Positions 1 through 5,205 are shown, numbered from the stretch's first letter. The stretch is DNA of 7,153 nucleotides from a virus (IMGVR_UViG_2657245112_000033), one strand, 5' to 3'. Made by a program: numbers and translations. Notes: a model not told the origin generated them from the letters alone.

Positions 1-162
1 TAGCTATAAATACATCTAAATACCTATATCCCTTCCCTTATGGCTAGATTGCGAGAAGTGCTTAACGCGATTTTCAGCGCCCCCCGATCTGGAAAATCCA
101 GAATCCCCAAATATCAGCAAGGAATTTTCTTGCGTAATCAACATCGTTTTTACCTATTAAAT

Positions 163-189
163 CATTACACAGAAAGCCTTTCTGTAATG
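163..189. repeat. Near-palindromic site carrying the ATTACACAG motif (ATTACACAGAAAG-c-CTTTCTGTAAT)
   Basis: 12-bp arms are reverse complements apart from one bulged base. The left arm contains the same ATTACACAG motif that recurs through 505-1900. Confidence 0.6.
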
Positions 190-442
190 TCTCTCACTAA
201 ACTTTCACTAAACACGAGAATGATCGGTTTTATGTCGGATCAGATGCTAGAAACAGCACCACGTCTCACAAGGGCTGTAAGCGATGAAACCAGTGTTTAT
301 GCGGGTGCAGGTCAAAATATAGGCCAAAATCCATTTAACATAATAATCGTAATATGCACTAAGGAACACATAGAACGCCTTGAGTTGATGTATCAGGGGA
401 AAAGTGATGGATTTTTTACGTAGGAGCACGAGAGGGCTTCTG

Positions 443-470
443 TTGACTTTTGTGTGCTATGAAATATAAT
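443..470 (+). promoter_or_regulatory. Sigma70-like promoter, TTGACT-16 bp-TATAAT
   Basis: TTGACT at 443-448 and a perfect TATAAT at 465-470 with a 16-bp spacer. It points rightward into the repeat region, where no ORF of 60 aa or more follows. Confidence 0.5.
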
Positions 471-504
471 TAAAAGTTTTTTGTTTTTATCGTGTGATGT
501 AGTG

Positions 505-951
505 GATTACACAGGGGAATAGATTAAATGGTGTTCTGTTTATACAGGTTTATTTGTTAGATCAACAATTTGGCATTTCTAAACAGATGTTTGAACGTTG
601 CCAAATGTCTTGACAACACAAGAAAAGGGCTTGCTATGCCACGCATTACACGAAATAAGGCTGTAAAAACAAAATAAATTTTAAAATTTGCACAAACAAG
701 AAAACTCATTAAGAAACAAGCAGAACAATTTTTAGCCAACAATTTCTGATGGTGCTCTGTAAGCCGCATTACACAAGGATTTGCGAAAGTGATGTAAAAG
801 TGAAGAAAGTAAGAATTGAACTTTTAAGCTACTTTTTTCATTGAATTTTTAGTATGGAATTACACAGGAATAAGTTAGGGATATTCTATGATTTACACAG
901 GGAATATAGGGGGGATTATGGCACACACATAGAAAGGCATTACACAGAGTG
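505..951 (+). repeat. Dispersed direct copies of the ATTACACAG(G)RAATA motif (6 copies)
   Basis: Copies at 505-522 (gattacacaggggaatag), 644-660, 767-780, 858-874 (aattacacaggaataag), 891-910 (atttacacagggaatatagg) and 938-951. All share the TTACAC core in the same orientation. Confidence 0.75.
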
Positions 952-966
952 CTATGTGACAAATGG

Positions 967-1072
967 ATGTAACGAGAGGTTACATTCAGCTATCTGAAAT
1001 GCTCTTTGTAAGAAAGTTGGTAGTAACGATATGTTACATAGACTAATTATTGAATGTAACGATATTACACAT
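967..1072. promoter_or_regulatory. Three tandem inverted-repeat operator-like sites (ATGTAAC-N5-GTTACAT)
   Basis: 967-985 atgtaac-gagag-gttacat (perfect 7-bp arms); 1021-1040 tagtaac-gatat-gttacat; 1054-1072 atgtaac-gatat-tacacat; plus a half-site at 1086-1095. The arm sequence GTTACAY is the TTACAC-family core. Confidence 0.55.
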
Positions 1073-1097
1073 CGGAAGATGATTGAATGTAACGGTA

Positions 1098-1138
1098 GCT
1101 CACAGTGAGCTAGGGGTAGGTCATAGTGAACTACCCCC
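1098..1138. repeat. 13-bp perfect palindrome GCTCACAGTGAGC plus about 1.5 units of the 22-bp iteron family
   Basis: gctcacagtgagc at 1098-1110 is its own reverse complement. It is followed by taggggta-ggtcatagtgaactac-ccccc, which matches the unit repeated at 1355-1436; ggggtag and ctacccc form a 7-bp inverted repeat. Confidence 0.7.
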
Positions 1139-1146
1139 ACAGAATT

Positions 1147-1198
1147 CTGTTACCCCTATCAAGTCTGATACCCCTATCAAAACTGATACCCGATAAGA
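1147..1198 (+). repeat. Three tandem 18-bp repeats (CTGWTACCCCTATCAA)
   Basis: ctgttacccctatcaag (1147-1163), ctgatacccctatcaa (1165-1180), ctgatacccgataag (1183-1197, degenerate); period 18 bp. Confidence 0.7.
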
Positions 1199-1208
1199 AT
1201 AAATAACA

Positions 1209-1309
1209 CCTAGGAAATGATTTCCGATCTATTTAGGAAGTAACCTAGGAAGTGGTTTCCTACCTACTTAGGAAATGAGTTCCTACCTACCTAGGAAATG
1301 AGTTCCACC
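1209..1309 (+). repeat. Four to five direct copies of a 15-bp motif TAGGAARTGRKTTCC, each with an internal GGAA-N5-TTCC inverted repeat
   Basis: Copies at 1211-1225, 1246-1260, 1269-1283 and 1292-1306 (the last two identical), plus a degenerate copy at 1234-1245; spacing mostly 23 bp. The architecture resembles plasmid centromere or iteron arrays. Confidence 0.7.
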
Positions 1310-1331
1310 AATACTATAATTAAATAATATA

Positions 1332-1354
1332 AATAATATTCTTTATACTATATA
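1332..1354 (+). repeat. 23-bp perfect direct repeat, copy 1 (aataatattctttatactatata), left of the iteron array
   Basis: Identical to 1482-1504. AT-rich and contains a TATACT -10-like hexamer. Confidence 0.85.
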
Positions 1355-1436
1355 GGTCACTGTGACCTAGGGGGTAGGTCATAGTGAGCTAGGGGGTAGG
1401 TCATAGTGAGCTAGGGGGTAGGTCACTGTGAACTAC
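1355..1436 (+). repeat. 22-bp tandem iterons, about 3.7 copies (GGTCAYWGTGASCTAGGGGGTA)
   Basis: Units at 1355-1376, 1377-1398 and 1399-1420 (the last two identical), plus a truncated unit at 1421-1436. The first unit contains the perfect 13-bp palindrome ggtcactgtgacc. AT-rich tracts lie on both sides. Confidence 0.85.
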
Positions 1437-1481
1437 AATAAGACTATTAATAAAACTATATTAGATTATTAATTAGATCAT

Positions 1482-1504
1482 AATAATATTCTTTATACTA
1501 TATA
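1482..1504 (+). repeat. 23-bp perfect direct repeat, copy 2, right of the iteron array and its AT-rich tract
   Basis: Exact match to 1332-1354; the flanking bases differ on both sides, so the repeat is exactly 23 bp. Confidence 0.85.
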
Positions 1505-1509
1505 TATAT

Positions 1510-1930
1510 GATCTTTTGCCTTCCGGCGTTAGCTTCACTCTCTGGCAAGCAGCCTTACTCCGCTACCTTTCGGGCTTCGTGGCTGGCCCGTTCCGCTCAC
1601 ACCGAAAGCAAAGCGTTACTTTCTTCGTGTAACTATCGTGGCGGTAACGCCCACGAAGAAATACTATTGCGCTGTGCGCAGAAGAGTAATCACCTAACCA
1701 ATCATACTGATTGCTTATGTGTAACTCTCTACCTCTTAATTCCACTTCCTACATTTAATAACTCTCGTTATTCTCTGTAGTTGTGTAATTACTCGAAGAG
1801 AGCGGCTAAAGCTCAATTACACTCTGCTTTCCTCGTGTAATTTCACTAAGCCTCAATACAATTTCACTTCCTACATTCTGTAGTCGTGTAATTGTTTTCG
1901 GTGGAAAAGCCAGAGGCGACACCGAAAGAG
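1510..1930. other. GC-rich island with dense hairpin potential; candidate structured RNA or single-strand DNA initiation element
   Basis: Visibly more GC-rich than its AT-rich flanks. Predicted stem-loops: 1621-1660 (outer ttcttcg/cgaagaa around a GC stem capped by a GUAA tetraloop), 1668-1680 (tgcgc-tgt-gcgca), 1749-1780 (ctaca...tgtag enclosing aataac-tctc-gttatt) and a shorter paralogous module at 1862-1893. The 7-mer ctctggc (1540-1546) is complementary to gccagag (1909-1915), and caccgaaag occurs at both ends (1600-1608, 1920-1928). Inverted TTACAC copies lie at 1626-1633, 1717-1725, 1782-1790, 1834-1843 and 1885-1893. Confidence 0.35.
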
Positions 1931-1962
1931 AATTCTGATCTTATTAATCTTATCTATCTTAG

Positions 1963-2001
1963 TTATCTTACTTACTTATCTTACTTACTTTATCTACTTT
2001 A
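1963..2001 (+). repeat. 13-bp tandem repeat (TTATCTTACTTAC, about 3 copies) inside a G-depleted AT-rich tract
   Basis: ttatcttacttac at 1963-1975 and 1976-1988, with a degenerate third copy at 1989-2001. The plus strand from about 1939 to 2020 contains almost no G. This could be a DNA unwinding element. Confidence 0.65.
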
Positions 2002-2515
2002 TTATTAATAATATCTTTATAAGCTCTGTGTAGCTCTCTGACGCAAGAAACAGCATTCAGGAAGGGAATCACCTTAGAAAAGTGTTCTTTGCGTCATAAT
2101 GTGTTTTATGAAGGATTCAGAGGTGTTTCATAACAGAGATGTATAGAGGATACTTTAGGTAATTAAAAATAAGGGGTCTAAATGCTTCTCTAACAACATT
2201 AAGCAGGGTAGGGAATGGAAACGCATTGCCTACATATAATAAACTCACTACAGGGCTTTACAGAGCGTTTTATAAAGTGACTCTCTGTTTTATATCTATC
2301 ATCATCTAACAAATACAAAATAAGCCACTTAAATAAGCCTCTGGCGAGCTAAACAGCCATTAGATAAGGGAATGTATTGCTTTTATCAAAATCTCGTTAG
2401 AACGCGTTTTAGAGCGTTTTAGACAATAAGGAAGAATAGCACTACATAGGAGAGCACGAATTGCTAAGAAAAAATGTAAGTGCATGAAAAAGATCAGATT
2501 TTTTATGAAAAGGTA

Positions 2516-2544
2516 TTGACAAATGTTTCTTTATATGTAATAAT
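2516..2544 (+). promoter_or_regulatory. Sigma70-like promoter with extended -10 (TTGACA-17 bp-TGt-AATAAT), probable promoter of the 2656-4950 operon
   Basis: TTGACA at 2516-2521, TG at 2536-2537, AATAAT at 2539-2544. The leader downstream contains a short hairpin (aagcc-gtca-ggctt, 2603-2616) and a T-run at 2625-2635 before the first ribosome-binding site. Confidence 0.55.
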
Positions 2545-2655
2545 AGGTATTAGAGGGACAGAAAAACATTCTTCTCTAAATAATCAAAATCAATGCACTT
2601 TGAAGCCGTCAGGCTTGCAAGGTGTTTTTTCTTTTAACTGAATAAGGAGTTTTTT

Positions 2656-2844
2656 ATGAAATGGTTTACACCTGAGCACGTCGTCCAGGCATTTAAAAAA
2701 GGTGAGCTTACACGCCACCAAGTAGTAATGAATCGTAATATGGCAAGGAGTCGAGGTTATCCAGAGCGAGCAGCTTGCTTCAATGAAGCACTCAAGATTA
2801 TTGATGAACTAAGAAAAAATGAAAAAGAATCTGAAACAGAGTAA
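2656..2844 (+). CDS. Hypothetical small protein (62 aa)
   Basis: ATG at 2656 preceded by AAGGAG (2644-2649); first gene after the predicted promoter; no family recognised. Confidence 0.6.
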   Translation: MKWFTPEHVVQAFKKGELTRHQVVMNRNMARSRGYPERAACFNEALKIIDELRKNEKESETE

Positions 2845-2863
2845 AGAAGAGAAGGAGAAAACT

Positions 2864-3034
2864 ATGAGCGAAACTACAGAAAAGAAAAGACAACCACGCA
2901 CTTGCTTTCATATTCCTGATGAAGTATTTCAGGTGTTATTTAAAGAAGCCAGAAGTAGACGGATCACTGTCACAGATTACATTCTTGATATGTTGAAAAG
3001 AGAGGCTGAAACACTCTCAAATAAAAGCAAGTGA
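2864..3034 (+). CDS. Ribbon-helix-helix-like (CopG/Arc-type) small DNA-binding protein, about 56 aa
   Basis: The track ORF is 2819-3034, but the ATG at 2864 has an AAGGAG site (2852-2857) and lies after the upstream stop (2842-2844), while 2819 has none. The segment RTCFHIPDEVFQVLFKEARSRRITVTDYILDMLKRE fits a strand-helix-helix pattern. Confidence 0.5.
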   Translation: MSETTEKKRQPRTCFHIPDEVFQVLFKEARSRRITVTDYILDMLKREAETLSNKSK

Positions 3035-3087
3035 TTTTTATCACCATAGTAGCGCCATAGAGCGTGATTACATCAAGGAGATTTTTA

Positions 3088-3780
3088 ATGATTAACCAAC
3101 TAACTTTTACAAAACACTATGACACGTTTGATAATGTATCAAAGATTTATTCTGATAAATTCCCTCAAGGAAAAGATTTAGATCTATTACATATTGTGCT
3201 TTATTTTCGATTCCTTAGTTATCAGGAAAACAACCTTAATTGTTATGAAAGTCACGAAACATTAGCTAAGATTTTTAAGTCTTCAGCGTCAACAATTAAA
3301 CGTAAGATAAACGATCTTAAAGAGATGGGATTATTAGAAACATCCCCACATCCTGATCCGTATATTTCATCTTTGATTTACAATGCTCTCCCTCTCACAG
3401 ATGCACATATTACTCCCCCAGGAGAATCATCACTCTCTGATCTTTCTGAGGCAGAAGAAGCACAGGAACAACCTAAAGGCCATAAACAGCCTTCTTTTGA
3501 TGTTCTTGATGATGATTGGGATACGCCTTTACCGTGGGAGACGGAAGAAACACCTGTTTCATCAAGTGAAAAGGTAGCTAATGATAATGAGGAGGATGTG
3601 TTAAAGAATTTTGCCTCTCTTATTATCAAGCAGAAGAATACTAGAACAGGAGGAGCATCATTTATAGAATTTGCAACATCGTTAGCCTATAAGCACAGGT
3701 TAAAGCTACCAAATGGTATTGAGGCATATTTTGCTAAGAAACATCCCAAAGTATACGAAGACTTTGATATTCCATTTTAA
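3088..3780 (+). CDS. Winged-HTH-like DNA-binding protein with acidic C-terminal region ending in an SSB-tail-like DFDIPF; possible replication initiator or organiser
   Basis: The track ORF starts at GTG 3064; the in-frame ATG at 3088 has AAGGAG at 3075-3080 with a 7-nt spacer. The N-terminal part (LHIVLYFRFLSYQENNLNCYESHETLAKIFKSSASTIKRKINDLKEMGLLE) fits a winged-HTH pattern. The C-terminal half is acidic (DDDWDTPLPWETEE) and the last residues are EDFDIPF. Confidence 0.7.
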   Translation: MINQLTFTKHYDTFDNVSKIYSDKFPQGKDLDLLHIVLYFRFLSYQENNLNCYESHETLAKIFKSSASTIKRKINDLKEMGLLETSPHPDPYISSLIYNALPLTDAHITPPGESSLSDLSEAEEAQEQPKGHKQPSFDVLDDDWDTPLPWETEETPVSSSEKVANDNEEDVLKNFASLIIKQKNTRTGGASFIEFATSLAYKHRLKLPNGIEAYFAKKHPKVYEDFDIPF

Positions 3781-3791
3781 TAAGGAGGGTT

Positions 3792-4070
3792 ATGATTCAA
3801 TATTTAGTAAAAAATCAAGTAGACAGAATTCAGTGTAACGACACAGGAAAACGCATCTACGAAACACTTGCTTACCTCTATAAAGGAAAGCCAACACCGC
3901 TAAAATATAGCGATGTGTTACATCGAGCAGGGTGCTCTGAAGATGGTTTAAAATTCTGGCTGAAACAGCTATCAAACTTCGGTGTTATAGAAATTAAAGA
4001 ATTATCTTTCTCTACATTCAATCTCAAAAGACTAGATAAAGAAATAGAATTCATCTATTCCACTCTCTAA
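3792..4070 (+). CDS. Small winged-HTH-like protein (92 aa)
   Basis: ATG at 3792 preceded by AAGGAGGG (3782-3789), 11 nt after the upstream stop. The segment IYETLAYLY...KYSDVLHRAGCSEDGLKFWLKQLSNFGVIEI follows the same helix-turn-wing pattern as the upstream protein. Confidence 0.65.
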   Translation: MIQYLVKNQVDRIQCNDTGKRIYETLAYLYKGKPTPLKYSDVLHRAGCSEDGLKFWLKQLSNFGVIEIKELSFSTFNLKRLDKEIEFIYSTL

Positions 4071-4111
4071 AATCTCTCTATGTAATTAAAATATAAAAGG
4101 AAAACATTATT

Positions 4112-4231
4112 ATGATAGTAGCTATGTATTGGTTATTGTTCTTTCTCACGTTAGAAACATACTTCGGGGTGTTTTCCTTTAAAAGAAAAGGAAAAGTAAA
4201 TAATGGCAAAAAGAAAAAACAACGTTGTTAA
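4112..4231 (+). CDS. Candidate small hydrophobic peptide (39 aa, MIVAMYWLLFFLTLETYFGVFSFKRKGKVNNGKKKKQRC)
   Basis: Not in the ORF track because it is under 60 aa. ATG at 4112 with AAAAGGA (4096-4102) upstream. One hydrophobic segment followed by a lysine/arginine-rich tail. Its 3' end overlaps the start of the next gene out of frame. Confidence 0.25.
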   Translation: MIVAMYWLLFFLTLETYFGVFSFKRKGKVNNGKKKKQRC

Positions 4232-4613
4232 GAAAATCGGGGATTCAGCTTCTCTTCTAAGTAAACCTAAATCTATTCTAAGACGCAAAGACTTTAAAGA
4301 GCTAGTTACGCTCACCAAGCAAAATAGCGCCCCTGGCGAATGGAAAACAGAGATCATAGAACATTCTCCCTCTGTGCCTTGCGGAGATGAATTTAACGCC
4401 TTACAAGAAATCTTATCTTCAACACCTGGCGTATTCTGGAAACCTAGAAAAAGAAAAGAGTATATCGTTGATAGCTCTGATTTACGCAAATACCAGATTT
4501 TAGGATTTGAAGACTATAACCACTACGTTGGTTATCTCGCCACAAATGGCCTAAATAACTTAGTTCCAGACTTCCAGATTCTAGATAATGCTGATCACTA
4601 TGGAGACTTTTAA
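4203..4613 (+). CDS. Hypothetical protein (136 aa) with basic N-terminus
   Basis: ATG at 4203 with AAGGA (4188-4192) upstream; the N-terminus MAKRKNNVVKK is basic; no family recognised. Confidence 0.6.
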   Translation: MAKRKNNVVKKIGDSASLLSKPKSILRRKDFKELVTLTKQNSAPGEWKTEIIEHSPSVPCGDEFNALQEILSSTPGVFWKPRKRKEYIVDSSDLRKYQILGFEDYNHYVGYLATNGLNNLVPDFQILDNADHYGDF

Positions 4614-4614
4614 T

Positions 4615-4950
4615 ATGAACAAAAACACGTATGACACAATTTACTCACTAATTAATTATTATGAGGATGATTACCTTCTGCCTTTAAACCGCGCTGAACT
4701 TGAAGCATACAAAGAAAACACACCAGCGTCACTAAATGAGGCGTTTAAACACTGGGATTTAGCTGTGAATGCCTTTGAGCACCTCTCTAAGCGTGTAGAG
4801 ATGCTCTGTAAGCGCGAAAACGCATACCTGACAGCCGATCAGATATGGGAGCTATCAAACTGGATAGAAGATATCGAATCTGATGTTCGCTATGTGGGAG
4901 ATGGACTTGTCGAACTCGCTCAACGCTTAGGCACTATCACAGAAGAATAA
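4615..4950 (+). CDS. Hypothetical protein (about 111 aa)
   Basis: The track ORF starts at 4588. In-frame ATGs at 4600 and 4615; the one at 4615 follows GGAG (4602-4605) and the upstream stop (4611-4613), so 4615 is preferred but uncertain. Confidence 0.55.
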   Translation: MNKNTYDTIYSLINYYEDDYLLPLNRAELEAYKENTPASLNEAFKHWDLAVNAFEHLSKRVEMLCKRENAYLTADQIWELSNWIEDIESDVRYVGDGLVELAQRLGTITEE

Positions 4951-4979
4951 AAAAAGCAACAAAAAAGTTGTAAAATATC

Positions 4980-5008
4980 TTGACATTCCATCTATTATAT
5001 GTTAATAT
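4980..5008 (+). promoter_or_regulatory. Sigma70-like promoter with extended -10 (TTGACA-17 bp-TGt-TAATAT)
   Basis: TTGACA at 4980-4985, TG at 5000-5001, TAATAT at 5003-5008. Same architecture as the promoter at 2516-2544. Confidence 0.5.
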
Positions 5009-5146
5009 AATTATATGGGGTGATTATTTTTCCTTTATTGGTTCGATATTAAAAATTCTTCTTGTCGTTAAAGGGGAGTAAAATCTCCGCTCCCCGCTTC
5101 TCCTCCTTAAGTAAATACTGTGTCATTATTACCTCTTTTTTCCTTT

Positions 5147-5176
5147 GTTATGCATACATCTTGGAGTATGCATAAC
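5147..5176. promoter_or_regulatory. Perfect 11-bp inverted repeat GTTATGCATAC-N8-GTATGCATAAC (operator-like)
   Basis: Arms at 5147-5157 and 5166-5176 are exact reverse complements. The half-site GTTATGCA recurs at 5242-5249 next to a second small inverted repeat (caactt-aa-aagttg, 5248-5261). Confidence 0.6.
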
Positions 5177-5205
5177 ATAGGGTAATTACATAGGTACAAG
5201 TTAAT

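Noticed and set aside
40-423. Track ORF of 127 aa on the plus strand
   Set aside because: No purine-rich ribosome-binding site before the ATG (ccttcccttATG). The frame spans the 163-189 motif palindrome, and the predicted protein has no recognisable features. It may be real, but I cannot support it; the region looks regulatory.
247-429. Track ORF of 60 aa on the minus strand
   Set aside because: Short, no ribosome-binding site identified, overlaps the equally doubtful plus-strand frame.
496-516. DnaA boxes (TTATCCACA or TGTGGATAA)
   Set aside because: Only loose matches (gtggattac at 502-510; tgtgaataa at 6986-6994); no cluster of good boxes, so host-DnaA-dependent initiation cannot be claimed.
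557-769. Track ORF of 70 aa on the minus strand
   Set aside because: Lies across the motif-repeat region and carries two of the TTACAC sites; no supporting signals. Likely a chance open frame in AT-rich DNA.
952-1140. Track ORF of 62 aa on the minus strand
   Set aside because: Entirely built from the operator palindromes and iteron-like repeats; the repeats explain the open frame better than a gene.
1098-1378. Protelomerase target (telomere resolution site) of a linear plasmid prophage
   Set aside because: Known tel sites are long (about 50 bp or more) perfect palindromes; the palindromes here are only 13 bp and sit inside tandem iteron units.
1508-1780. Track ORFs in the GC-rich island (plus strand 1508-1780, minus strand 1563-1745)
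   Set aside because: No ribosome-binding site, start embedded in a TATATATATG tract, odd composition, and dense hairpins; more consistent with a structured nucleic-acid element.
1510-1930. Retron ncRNA or group II intron fragment
   Set aside because: No reverse transcriptase or maturase ORF adjacent, and no recognisable domain V-like motif; the structured island remains unexplained.
430-2000. CRISPR array
   Set aside because: Repeats are of several unrelated families, irregularly spaced and often tandem without unique spacers; no regular repeat-spacer periodicity.
3378-3629. Track ORFs nested within the 3088-3780 gene (minus strand 3378-3629, plus strand 3383-3577)
   Set aside because: Alternative frames inside a well-supported gene with a strong ribosome-binding site; treated as shadow ORFs.
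3790-3975. Track ORF of 61 aa on the minus strand, antisense to the 3792-4070 gene
   Set aside because: Shadow frame opposite a gene with a strong ribosome-binding site; no independent signals.
4151-4489. Track ORF of 112 aa on the minus strand
   Set aside because: Antisense to the 4203-4613 gene, which has a ribosome-binding site and sits in the co-directional operon. Kept only as a caveat for the small-ORF finding.
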